Positions 1 through 8,506 of a DNA stretch of 32,000 nucleotides are shown piece by piece (position 1 is the stretch's first letter; every line of letters starts with the position of its first letter). The position numbers and the translations under genes were made by a program. The DNA comes from Halomicrobium mukohataei DSM 12286 (GTDB taxonomy: Archaea > Halobacteriota > Halobacteria > Halobacteriales > Haloarculaceae): positions 1,140,001 through 1,172,000 of the forward strand of contig NC_013202.1 in assembly GCF_000023965.1 (NCBI RefSeq), written 5' to 3'. The notes beneath the pieces are model-generated. The model was given only the letters and a program-made list of their open reading frames with translations, made no database searches and was not told the origin of the DNA.

Positions 1-618
1 CCGACCGACGACGAGGCCGACCGCGCCAAGGAGATCGCCCACGAGGTCGTCGACGAGATGGAGGCGACGGGCGACCGGGACGCCTTCGTCACCGAAATCT
101 CCGAGCCCGAGGAGGGGGTCAACATCAAGGTCTCGACCAACAAGATCGGGATGAAAGTCGCCCGCCAGATCACGACCGAGCTGGGCGGGACGTTCACCGA
201 CAACGAGACGCTGGTCACCGAGGATTCGGACGGCAACGAGGTGTATCGGGTCACGTACGCGATCCGGCTGCCGCGCTATCGCCCCGGCGAGGTGATCGAT
301 CCGGCGGACGGCGACGGTCCGGTGTTGGTCCGCTCGGTGCAGGGCAACCTCAAAGGGACGCGCCTCGCGACGGGCGACCCCTTCGAAGCGTCCTTCGAGG
401 ACGAAAACGCCCCCGACGCCCGTCGCCTGGGGAGCGACGCCGACGCCGAACGGACCACTCTCGTCGCCGTCGAGGACGAGCGTGCGGTTCAGGTACTCGA
501 CCCCGAGACATACGAGGCCAAGACGATCCCCCGGCCCGACTACCTCGACACCGACGCCGACGAGGTGGCGGTCCTCAAACACCGTGAGGGGCTGCACGTC
601 GTGCCCGACGAGAGCTGA
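1..618 (+). CDS. NMD3-like protein (COG1499 family), C-terminal part; 5' end lies outside the window
   Basis: Frame 1 is open from base 1 to the TGA at 616-618. Segments VYRVTYAIRLPRYRPGEVI and AVQVLDPETYEAKTIPRPDY resemble the C-terminal half of archaeal NMD3 homologues. This is recognition from memory only. Confidence 0.5.
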   Translation, partial: PTDDEADRAKEIAHEVVDEMEATGDRDAFVTEISEPEEGVNIKVSTNKIGMKVARQITTELGGTFTDNETLVTEDSDGNEVYRVTYAIRLPRYRPGEVIDPADGDGPVLVRSVQGNLKGTRLATGDPFEASFEDENAPDARRLGSDADAERTTLVAVEDERAVQVLDPETYEAKTIPRPDYLDTDADEVAVLKHREGLHVVPDES

Positions 619-703
619 CGAGAGAGTTCGGGACGCGTCCCCGCCTGCTGTTGTCGTCCAGACAGAAGATACTTACCGGCAGACGCTGGCCCCGTTCGCA
701 CGG

Positions 704-1864
704 ATGCAACGCCGCCAGTTCCTCGCCGCGACCGGCCTGACGCTTCTCGGTGGCACCACCGGCTGCGTGGGCCAGCTCTCCAGTCCGCTCGCGCCGACGA
801 GTGACGAACCGATCACCGTCGACGAGACGTGGAATCAGCCCGGTGGCGGGCCGGGCCGCGCGTACGCCGCCGCAGGGGCCGGACCAGGCGGAGCCATCGA
901 GTCGCGGTGGCGGTTCTCGGACGGCGACAGCCACCTCGAACCGATGGCTATCGCAGACGACACGGTGTTCGCAGCCAGCAGTCGCACCGTCGTTGCCCTC
1001 GACGCGAGCCGCGGGACGGAACGCTGGCGCGCGGCAGTCGACTCGGACGACGACTGGCTCGCCGTGGGGCCGGACCACCTCTTTCTGCCCGACGGTTGGA
1101 TCGAACGGGATCCGGGAACGGCCAGTGTGACGCCGTATCCCGAATCGTCGCCGGAACAGGACCGATTCGTCCTCCTGGAGGACCTGTTCGTCTACGTGAC
1201 AGAGGACGCGGTCGTCGCGGGGCGACCCGGTGCCGACGAGGCGCGGTGGCGGCGGCACCTCGACAGGCCCCACTCGCTGTGTGGCGTCGCCGGGCAGCTG
1301 GTCGTGGTCGCCACTGAAGTGGGGATCTACGGCCTCTCACTGACTGACGGCAGCCAGCAGTGGGCACGCGAGGACCTGTGGTCGGAGGCGAGCTTCGTCG
1401 CAGCTGCCGGGGCGGACGAGCGCGTCTACGCGACGACGTGGACGCGGGATGCGACCGTCTTCGCGCTCGACGCGGCGACCGGCGAGACGGCCTGGACGCA
1501 CGAACCACCGACACAGGTCACGCTCACGGCCGATTCGAACCACGTCGTCCTCGGCGGGCTTCCCGATGTCGAACCGATGAACCGCGTCGACGTCCTTGAC
1601 GCGGCCGGCGATCGCCAGTGGGTCGTACCCACCGACAGCAACGACACGACGGTCCACGTGCCGGTCCTCGCCGACGGCGTCGTCTACGCCGCCCACGTCG
1701 CCGACTGCTTCGCTTACGACCTGGCCAGCGGTGAGGAACTGTGGTCACTCTCGCCGGACGGTCTCTTGCCGCGTGATCTCTACCCGCTCGGCCAGCCCCT
1801 CGTCGCCGGTGACGGCCTCTTCCTCGAACAGGACGGGGCCGTGTACGGTTTCGGCCCCGCCTGA
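704..1864 (+). CDS. PQQ-like beta-propeller repeat lipoprotein with a Tat-type signal
   Basis: The ATG at 704 gives MQRRQFLAATGLTLLGGTTGC (twin-arginine plus lipobox Cys). Repeated motifs of the form 'W..., VVALDA..G...W' are typical of PQQ/BamB-like propellers. The ORF-track start at 482 is an unlikely basic upstream extension. Confidence 0.7.
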   Translation: MQRRQFLAATGLTLLGGTTGCVGQLSSPLAPTSDEPITVDETWNQPGGGPGRAYAAAGAGPGGAIESRWRFSDGDSHLEPMAIADDTVFAASSRTVVALDASRGTERWRAAVDSDDDWLAVGPDHLFLPDGWIERDPGTASVTPYPESSPEQDRFVLLEDLFVYVTEDAVVAGRPGADEARWRRHLDRPHSLCGVAGQLVVVATEVGIYGLSLTDGSQQWAREDLWSEASFVAAAGADERVYATTWTRDATVFALDAATGETAWTHEPPTQVTLTADSNHVVLGGLPDVEPMNRVDVLDAAGDRQWVVPTDSNDTTVHVPVLADGVVYAAHVADCFAYDLASGEELWSLSPDGLLPRDLYPLGQPLVAGDGLFLEQDGAVYGFGPA

Positions 1865-1919
1865 CGGCCGAACGGTCGACACGAAACGGGTTTCCGTCCC
1901 GACCGCCTGTCGTCCCACG

Positions 1920-3002
1920 ATGAGCGCAGACGATCGACTGGCCGTCGTCGTCGCCCGCGACCGCACCCAGACGGTCATCGACCGGCTCCGAGAACTGGAC
2001 GCCTACGACGACGACCGGACGGTCCAGCCGTGGGACGACGACAGCGTCGCCGTCCCGGTGACCAGCGTCCCCGCCGACCTCGCCGTTCGAGACGTGGTCC
2101 GTCAGGTCGGCGAGCCGAGGCTCCGCGATCTGGACGACTACCTCCGTGAACGAGGGTGGACCGACGCGGAGATCGACCTGGCACCCGCTTCCTGGGCCGT
2201 CGTCGGCAGCGTCGTCCTCGTGGATGTCGGCGACGCGCCACGACCCGAGGAGGTCGGCGCGGCACTCTTACAGCTCCACGGCGAGGCCGACACCGTCCTC
2301 TCGCGGGGGCCGATCACCGGCGAACACCGCGAGCCCGCGGTCGAGGTCATCGCCGGCACCGGCGACACCGAGACCGTCCACCGCGAGCACGGGACCGCCT
2401 ACGCGCTGGACCTCGCCGAGGTGATGTTCTCGCCGGGCAACAAGGCCGAGCGGAGCCACATGGGCGCGGTCGTCCGCGAGGCCCGCGAGCGCAGCGAGCC
2501 CTCGGAAACGGGAGCGGGAGCAGCGCGACACGCGACCGGCGAACGCGAGCGGGTGCTCGACATGTTCGCCGGCATCGGCTACTTCACGCTCCCGATGGCC
2601 CGCGCCGGGGCGACGGTCACTGCCGTCGAGCGCAACCCCGTTTCCTTCCGGTACCTGATCGAGAACGTCCAGCTCAACGAGGTCGCCGACCGGGTCCAGC
2701 CCTACCGGGCCGACTGCCGGGACGTGACTCCGGACCTCGCCGCCGACCCGGTCGACCGGATCGTGATGGGCTACTACGAGGCCCACGAGTATCTCGACGC
2801 CGCACTGCCGGCGCTGGCTCCCGGCGGGGTCGTCCACATGCACGAGGCGACGCCCGACGGACTGGTCTTCGAGCGACCGATCGAGCGGATCGAGGCCGCG
2901 GCCGCCGACGCGGGCCGGGGCGTCGAGATCCTCGACACTCGCCGGGTCAAAAGCTACAGCGAGGGCGTCGCACACGTCGTCGTCGACGCCCGGATCGAGT
3001 GA
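1920..3002 (+). CDS. Met-10+/Trm5/Taw2-family SAM-dependent tRNA methyltransferase
   Basis: ATG at 1920 (MSADDRLAVVVAR). The SAM-binding motif VLDMFAGIGYFTLPMARAGATVTAVERNP and the AYALDLAEVMFSPGN segment are typical of Trm5/Taw2. The track start at 1596 is an upstream extension overlapping the previous gene. Confidence 0.75.
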   Translation: MSADDRLAVVVARDRTQTVIDRLRELDAYDDDRTVQPWDDDSVAVPVTSVPADLAVRDVVRQVGEPRLRDLDDYLRERGWTDAEIDLAPASWAVVGSVVLVDVGDAPRPEEVGAALLQLHGEADTVLSRGPITGEHREPAVEVIAGTGDTETVHREHGTAYALDLAEVMFSPGNKAERSHMGAVVREARERSEPSETGAGAARHATGERERVLDMFAGIGYFTLPMARAGATVTAVERNPVSFRYLIENVQLNEVADRVQPYRADCRDVTPDLAADPVDRIVMGYYEAHEYLDAALPALAPGGVVHMHEATPDGLVFERPIERIEAAAADAGRGVEILDTRRVKSYSEGVAHVVVDARIE

Positions 3003-3102
3003 TTGTGTCGGCGTCCGCTCGGGGTCGCGAACGGCTCCCAGCGGTGACTGCCGCCCGTCCGTCTCCGGAACCTATTCGTCGCTGGTCTCGGATCGGACAC
3101 GT

Positions 3103-3984
3103 ATGCGCCGTCGCTCGTTCCTCGCGACCACGACGACCCTCGCCCTCCCGCTGGCCGGTTGTATGCGCCCGGACTACGGCTCGCTGACGATGACGGCGAT
3201 GGCGACGGACGCCGCGATCGCCCGCCGTCACGCCGAGGACCTCGATGCCCTTCCGCCGGACTCGCGTGCCCTCGTCAGAGACGCCATCGACGGCGAGACG
3301 CCAGCCAGAGCAGACACCGGTCCCCCGTTCGACGCCGACCGGCCGTTCGAAGACGACGGCGCGTACTACGACATCGGGTACGAAGTCGTTGAGCGCCGCG
3401 CTGGCACCCAGTACGATCTCCGGATCGACTACGATCCCGTCGCGGAGCCGTCGTCGGTCGTCGCGTACGCCGACCTCCCGGCCGTCGACAGGCGTGCCCT
3501 CTCTCGGCTCTTGCCGCCGCCGGCAGACTCTCCGACCGGCAGGGGTTTCGACGTAGACGTTGCCGACACGTACCTCGACGACACCGCGAGCGTCCTCGTC
3601 CCGGAGCCGGAGTACGAGGCGGTCTCCTACGACGGCACGGCCTACCGGGTCGGCGTCGGCGGGAGCCGGGAGATCGAAGTCGACCGATACCAGTACAGCG
3701 CCGAGCGGATCGCCGACAGCCCGGCGGCGTTGGGCCGTCAGCTGCGCGAGCGGTACCTGTTCACGCTCAGCGGACTCCCAGAGGCCGAACGAGAGATCGT
3801 CCTGGAAGCCGCCGCAGAGGGCTACTACCCCGACAGCCCGAGCCGGGCGTTCCGATCGCTGACCGAACGGCTCGGCGCACACGAGCCGGTCCGTTCGACG
3901 GCCGGCACCGGCCACTGGCTGGTCCGGTACGACGGTCGGGTGTACTGGGCGGAACTGTCGACGCCGGGCGAGACGACGCCGTAG
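3103..3984 (+). CDS. Tat/lipobox lipoprotein, unknown function (paralogue A)
   Basis: The N-terminus MRRRSFLATTTTLALPLAGC has RR plus a lipobox. The product is acidic and collinear with the ORF at 4192-5085. Confidence 0.7.
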   Translation: MRRRSFLATTTTLALPLAGCMRPDYGSLTMTAMATDAAIARRHAEDLDALPPDSRALVRDAIDGETPARADTGPPFDADRPFEDDGAYYDIGYEVVERRAGTQYDLRIDYDPVAEPSSVVAYADLPAVDRRALSRLLPPPADSPTGRGFDVDVADTYLDDTASVLVPEPEYEAVSYDGTAYRVGVGGSREIEVDRYQYSAERIADSPAALGRQLRERYLFTLSGLPEAEREIVLEAAAEGYYPDSPSRAFRSLTERLGAHEPVRSTAGTGHWLVRYDGRVYWAELSTPGETTP

Positions 3985-4026
3985 CACCTCGAAACGCCTA
4001 TCCGTCCTCACTGGCAACGCGTGGGT

Positions 4027-4110
4027 ATGGATCGACAGCAACTCCTCGCGATCGTCCTCGTCTTGCTCATGGTGGGCTCGTCGGCCGCCTACGCACTCTC
4101 GATGTTCTGA
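4027..4110 (+). CDS. 27-aa single-pass membrane micro-protein (candidate)
   Basis: ATG at 4027 to TGA at 4108-4110 encodes MDRQQLLAIVLVLLMVGSSAAYALSMF, which has one hydrophobic helix. Third positions are strongly G/C (about 22 of 26 codons), like the neighbouring genes. It is below the ORF-track length cutoff. Confidence 0.4.
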   Translation: MDRQQLLAIVLVLLMVGSSAAYALSMF

Positions 4111-4191
4111 TCGGGCCGGCCGTTCGGTCGCCGCGCCGACTGTCGCTGGCGTATCACAAACTATTCACCATCCCCTACAGTTCTCCGACGT

Positions 4192-5085
4192 ATGCGCCGC
4201 CGAACATTCCTCGCGACCGCAGCGACCGCCGTCGCCCTCCCCCTCGCAGGCTGTGGCCACCCCTACGACGGTTCGCTCTCGATGAGCGAACTGACGAGCG
4301 ACAGCGCCATCGCCGAGCGATACGCCGGTGAGACGGAGGGGCTACCGCCCGAACGAACGGCACTGATCGACGCCGCCATCGCCGGTGAGAAACCGACACG
4401 AGAGGGCCGGTATCCGCCCTACGAACGCGATCGTCCGGTCGAACACGAGGGCGCGTACTACCGGATCGCTCACGAGGTCGTCGACAGCCGTACGGAGACC
4501 CGATACACGATCGATATCGACTACGATCCGGCCACGACGCCGTCGTCGGTGATCGCCTACGAGGACCTCCCCGACGCCGACAAGACGGCGCTGGGCGAGT
4601 TGATCCCGCCGATGGCGGACCATCCGGACAACGACGGGTTCGACGTCGGTCGCACACACCGGTACGACGACGTTTCCGAGAGCGTCCTGGCGTCCGATCC
4701 CGCCTACGAGGGGATCTCTCACGACGGGGCGACGTACCGCGTCAGGGTGGCCGACGGCGGCGAGGTGACGATTGAGACCTACGAGTACAGTGCCGAGCGG
4801 GTCGCCGAGAGCGCCACCGACCTGGGCGCGCAACTGCGCGAGCAGTACCTGTTTACCCTCTCGGGGCTCTCCGAGGCCGAGCGCGAGATCGTCGCCGAGG
4901 CGATAGACGGGAGCTACTTCCCCGACGGCGGCGAGGTGCCCGACGCGTTTCGGTCACTGGCCGATCGCTTCCGCGATCGGGCGGGTATCGACACCACCGA
5001 ACACGGCGGGACGTGGCTGGCTCGCTACGAGGGCACCGTCTACTGGACTGACCTGCAGTACCCGCCGGAGGCGGACTCTCAGTAG
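4192..5085 (+). CDS. Tat/lipobox lipoprotein, unknown function (paralogue B)
   Basis: The N-terminus is MRRRTFLATAATAVALPLAGC. It shares blocks with 3103-3984: EGAYYRI/DGAYYDI, IDYDP...PSSV.AY.DLP, YEYSAER/YQYSAER, QYLFTLSGLSEAEREIV. Confidence 0.7.
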   Translation: MRRRTFLATAATAVALPLAGCGHPYDGSLSMSELTSDSAIAERYAGETEGLPPERTALIDAAIAGEKPTREGRYPPYERDRPVEHEGAYYRIAHEVVDSRTETRYTIDIDYDPATTPSSVIAYEDLPDADKTALGELIPPMADHPDNDGFDVGRTHRYDDVSESVLASDPAYEGISHDGATYRVRVADGGEVTIETYEYSAERVAESATDLGAQLREQYLFTLSGLSEAEREIVAEAIDGSYFPDGGEVPDAFRSLADRFRDRAGIDTTEHGGTWLARYEGTVYWTDLQYPPEADSQ

Positions 5086-5103
5086 GATCGACGACCGTCC
5101 GTC

Positions 5104-6855
5104 TCACTCCGTGTCCCACACGTCGGCCATCGGGCTCTTACTGGAGCGTCGCCGGGACCGCGAACGGGACCGCCCGCTACCGGCTCCGTCGTCGGTCGAA
5201 CCACCGGAGCCGCCGCCACCGAGCGCGCTCGCGGGGTCGAACGCGGGCAGCTCCGGCGGGGCCATCCGATCGACCTGATCGGCGAACCAGTCGGGCATGT
5301 CGACGCGGGCCCGTTCGAACAGGTCCAGCAGCGACGAGTCCGCGAGATAGGTCGCGCCGTGGTCGTCCGGGGCACGGACGACGCGGCCACAGGCCTGAAT
5401 GACCGTCCGAAGCGCCGTGCGGTAGTACCACCCCCACTGGCCGTCCTCCAGGCGCTGGGCGACCCGCGAGTCGCGGGTGTTGGGGTACGGTGCCTTGCAG
5501 ATCACCTGCCAGCGACAGAGATCGCCCTCCAGGTCCAGCGCCTCTTCCATCTTCACCGAGAGGAACACGTCCGGGTCGTCGCTGCGCTTCCAGGCGGTGA
5601 GTTGCCCGTCGCGGTCCTCGCTGTCGTGGCTCCGCAGGCGCGATCCGACGCCGAAGTCGACCAGTAGTTCGTCCAGTTGCTCTGCGATCGCGTAGGAGTG
5701 ACAGTGGACCAGCCCCTTCTCGTCGGGGTGGTGTTGCATCGCCCGCACGACGATACGGGCGATCTTCGGCAGCGTCTCCTCGCGGTGTTCGTAGGTCATC
5801 TTCCCCTGGGTCACGTCGTACAGCGGCCGGTGCTCGACGGGGAAGGTGTGGCCCACGTCCACGAGCGCGACGTTGTCCGGATCGAGCCCGACGTTGGCAC
5901 AGAACGCCTCCTTGTTGAGGATCGTCGCCGACAGCAGGGCGTGGCGGTGGCCCCGACCCCAGACCGTGTGTTTGAGGTACTTCTCCGGGTCCAGCGGTTT
6001 GATCGTCACGCTCCCGCCCTCGCCGTCTGGCTGGTCGACGACCCACGTCGTCACGCTCTCAGGATCGCGGTAGTCCTCGACGAACCACGAGAGGTCCTGC
6101 CGGAGTTTGTTCAGTCGGTCGCGCTCTGCGACTTCCTCGGCGGTCAGCTCCTCTTGCTGGCGCAGTTCCTGCACCCGGCGCTCGCCCACGTCGGCGAGTC
6201 GCTGGGCGTAGCCCGCGGCGTCTTCCAGATCGTCGACCGCCTGGGGCCTGGTGTCCTCCCAGACCGGCACCGTCTCGGGACCGAGTTCGATCGTCGCGTA
6301 CATCTCCGCCCAGTCGCCCAGCCCGTGGGCCTCGTCGATCACGACCACGTCGCGCGGGCCGAACACGTCCGAACCGGCCGTCTGCATGAAGTAGGCAAGC
6401 GTCATCGCCGCGACCGGCCGGTTCGAGGCGATCGCGCGGTCGGAGAAGTACGGACAGCGGTGTTTCACCTGACAGTCGAACTTCCGCTCGCGGGCACAGG
6501 GTGCCTGATCGACCGGCGTGTCGGTCTCGCCCGGCAGGATGCAGTCGTAGTTGTTCTTCCCGCGGATCACTTCGAGATCCGAGAGCAGCGGGTCCTCGGC
6601 CACGTCGTCTAGCTGTGAGACCTGCGGCGTCGTGTAGTAGGCGTCGATGACCTCCTCGGCCCCGGCCTCTCCCGCTGTCCGGGCACAGCCGGCGATGGCA
6701 CGCGCGAGCAGGGACTTGCCGCTCCCGGTCGGCGCGCGCACCAGCACCACGTCGTTGCCGGCCGCGAAGGCGTCACGGATGTCGGCCAGCGCCTCCTCCT
6801 GGTTCCCCCGGTATTCCGGGGCCGGAAACTCGTCGAAGATACGGGCGGGATCCAC
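5104..6855 (-). CDS. XPD/Rad3-type (DEAD_2/helicase C2) ATP-dependent DNA helicase with an Fe-S cluster domain
   Basis: Walker A VRAPTGSGKS, DEAH-like VVIDEAHGL, and four Cys in CILPGETDTPVDQAPCARERKFDCQVKHRCPYF. No ATG sits near the N-terminus, so the likely start is GTG at 6855 (VDPARIFDEFP) or TTG at 6867. The rest of the 947-aa track ORF is an Arg-rich extension antisense to the gene at 6940-8193. Confidence 0.8.
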   Translation of the reverse strand: MDPARIFDEFPAPEYRGNQEEALADIRDAFAAGNDVVLVRAPTGSGKSLLARAIAGCARTAGEAGAEEVIDAYYTTPQVSQLDDVAEDPLLSDLEVIRGKNNYDCILPGETDTPVDQAPCARERKFDCQVKHRCPYFSDRAIASNRPVAAMTLAYFMQTAGSDVFGPRDVVVIDEAHGLGDWAEMYATIELGPETVPVWEDTRPQAVDDLEDAAGYAQRLADVGERRVQELRQQEELTAEEVAERDRLNKLRQDLSWFVEDYRDPESVTTWVVDQPDGEGGSVTIKPLDPEKYLKHTVWGRGHRHALLSATILNKEAFCANVGLDPDNVALVDVGHTFPVEHRPLYDVTQGKMTYEHREETLPKIARIVVRAMQHHPDEKGLVHCHSYAIAEQLDELLVDFGVGSRLRSHDSEDRDGQLTAWKRSDDPDVFLSVKMEEALDLEGDLCRWQVICKAPYPNTRDSRVAQRLEDGQWGWYYRTALRTVIQACGRVVRAPDDHGATYLADSSLLDLFERARVDMPDWFADQVDRMAPPELPAFDPASALGGGGSGGSTDDGAGSGRSRSRSRRRSSKSPMADVWDTE

Positions 6856-6939
6856 GAGGGATGGCAACCGTGCGTCGCTCGTAAAACTGCCGGTCAGCGC
6901 AGCGCCGTCGAGACGAACAAGTACTTGCCTCCTGCGACG

Positions 6940-8193
6940 ATGGCCCACAGTATGGATCAGACACGCCGCGCCCTCCTCCGCGCGGTCCCGCTGAGCGTGA
7001 CGGCCGGGCTCGCCGGCTGTTCGGCCCTCTCTGGCGACGACGAACCGGCGACGGACACGGCGACCGACACCCCGACCCCCGAGCCGGTCCTCGACGGGGA
7101 CTCGTCGGCCACGGAGTGGCTGTTCCCGCCGTCGGCGCTGGAACGAGACAACTACCCATTCGTCACGCTGCACCCGTCGGCGATGCTCGAATACGCCGAC
7201 GCGCTGCCCGAGGCGCGAGTCAGCAACCTCCAGTCCGACATCGGGCTGAGCGGCTTCGACACGATCGGCTCGCTCGACGGCCTCTACCAGTTCGGGCAGG
7301 GCGTCGCAGTCTACGACGGTCCGTTCGACCGCGATCCCCTCGTCGCGGAACTGACTGAAGCGGGCTTCGAGGAGATCGGGGCCACTCACGGCTTCGACCG
7401 CTACACGCCCGACGACGAGCGCCTGGTCGCCGTCGGCGAGAGCGACGTGTTGCTCGTCGACCTCCGCGGTGGCGACCTCTCCGTGACCGCCGACAGCGTC
7501 GCCGGAGCGGCCCTGGACGCGGTGACCGGCGAGGGCGACCGCTACCAGGACGTGAGCGACGACTGTGCGACGCTGCTCGACGCGCTCGGGACCGGCCACG
7601 TCCGCACCGGCCGGATCGGGTCGACGGCACTCGACGGCGACGGCGGCGTCGCTCAGGGCGCTCGCTGGCGAGTGGACAGCGAGACGACGGCCGTCACCGC
7701 CGCGACGGTCTTCGAGAGCGCGGACGCGACGGACGAAGACGCCGTGGCCTCTTGGGCCGCCGCGTCGGGCCCCTTCGGTGAGACCGCGCCAGCGACCGCG
7801 AGTGATGGCCGGGTCGTCTCGGCGACGGCCGACGTTCCGACCGGCGAGTTGGGGCCGTTCGAACTCTCCTCGTCGCCCGACGCGGCACCGCAGGTCGCGC
7901 TGGACTTCGACTACGACGCCGACGCGGGGACGGTCACCGTCACCCACAACGGCGGCGACAGCGTCCCAGCCACGCGGCTCGAACTCCGGGGCGACGGCTT
8001 CGCCGAGCGCGACAGCGCCGACCAGAGCGAGTCCGGACTGTGGAACGGCGAGACCAGCGGTGACGACGAGACGGTCGTCGCCGGTGACAGCGTCGTCGTC
8101 GGTGTCACACCGACGTACCGTCTGTTCGTCCTGTACTCGCCCGAGTCCGGCCGCGGCGTGACGCTTGGCTCGTCGAGCGGTCCCGAGGCCTGA
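6940..8193 (+). CDS. Tat/lipobox lipoprotein, unknown function
   Basis: MAHSMDQTRRALLRAVPLSVTAGLAGCS is followed by a Thr/Asp/Pro linker. The start could be 6925, 6940 or 6952. The gene is divergent from the helicase. Confidence 0.65.
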   Translation: MAHSMDQTRRALLRAVPLSVTAGLAGCSALSGDDEPATDTATDTPTPEPVLDGDSSATEWLFPPSALERDNYPFVTLHPSAMLEYADALPEARVSNLQSDIGLSGFDTIGSLDGLYQFGQGVAVYDGPFDRDPLVAELTEAGFEEIGATHGFDRYTPDDERLVAVGESDVLLVDLRGGDLSVTADSVAGAALDAVTGEGDRYQDVSDDCATLLDALGTGHVRTGRIGSTALDGDGGVAQGARWRVDSETTAVTAATVFESADATDEDAVASWAAASGPFGETAPATASDGRVVSATADVPTGELGPFELSSSPDAAPQVALDFDYDADAGTVTVTHNGGDSVPATRLELRGDGFAERDSADQSESGLWNGETSGDDETVVAGDSVVVGVTPTYRLFVLYSPESGRGVTLGSSSGPEA

Positions 8194-8204
8194 TACTGCC
8201 GGGG

Positions 8205-8405
8205 CTACAGCGCCGCCACGTCGTCGGCGGTCACGTCCTCGTCGGGGAGCCGGTCGATACAGTCGAAACAGAGGAAGTGCTCGGTGTCGTCGACGAGTTC
8301 CAGCGTGATCCCGCCGGTCGGGGTGTGCTCCTGGGTCCAGATGTTGGCGATGCCACCGGCGATGGTCACTTCGACGCCACAGCCGTCACAGGGCTGGGTT
8401 GTCAT
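8205..8405 (-). CDS. small acidic CxxC...CxxC zinc-binding-type protein
   Basis: 66 aa with CDGC near the N-terminus and CFDC near the C-terminus, and high GC3. It is divergent from taw1. Confidence 0.55.
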   Translation of the reverse strand: MTTQPCDGCGVEVTIAGGIANIWTQEHTPTGGITLELVDDTEHFLCFDCIDRLPDEDVTADDVAAL

Positions 8406-8506
8406 AGCTCGCCTTCGGCCGGGAGAGTGGAAAACGCGTCGGTGACGCCGCCTCGAACGGCTGTGGACGGAAGGATGTTTCAGGCTCCCGGTCTATCGGC
8501 TCTACA

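Noticed and set aside
2947-4041. 364-aa minus-strand ORF, plus other long antisense ORFs (575-1273, 948-1514, 2268-2975, 4342-4833, 8480-9391, 9587-10459, 25471-26475, 26301-27395, 30836-31645)
   Set aside because: Each overlaps a better-supported gene on the other strand or frame, and each has Arg/Pro/Gly-dominated composition unlike the acidic proteome of the real genes.
6856-7947. N-terminal 360-codon extension of the helicase ORF (track 5104..7947)
   Set aside because: It is Arg/Gly-rich with no helicase similarity and is antisense to the lipoprotein gene at 6940-8193. Helicase homology starts at about 6855.
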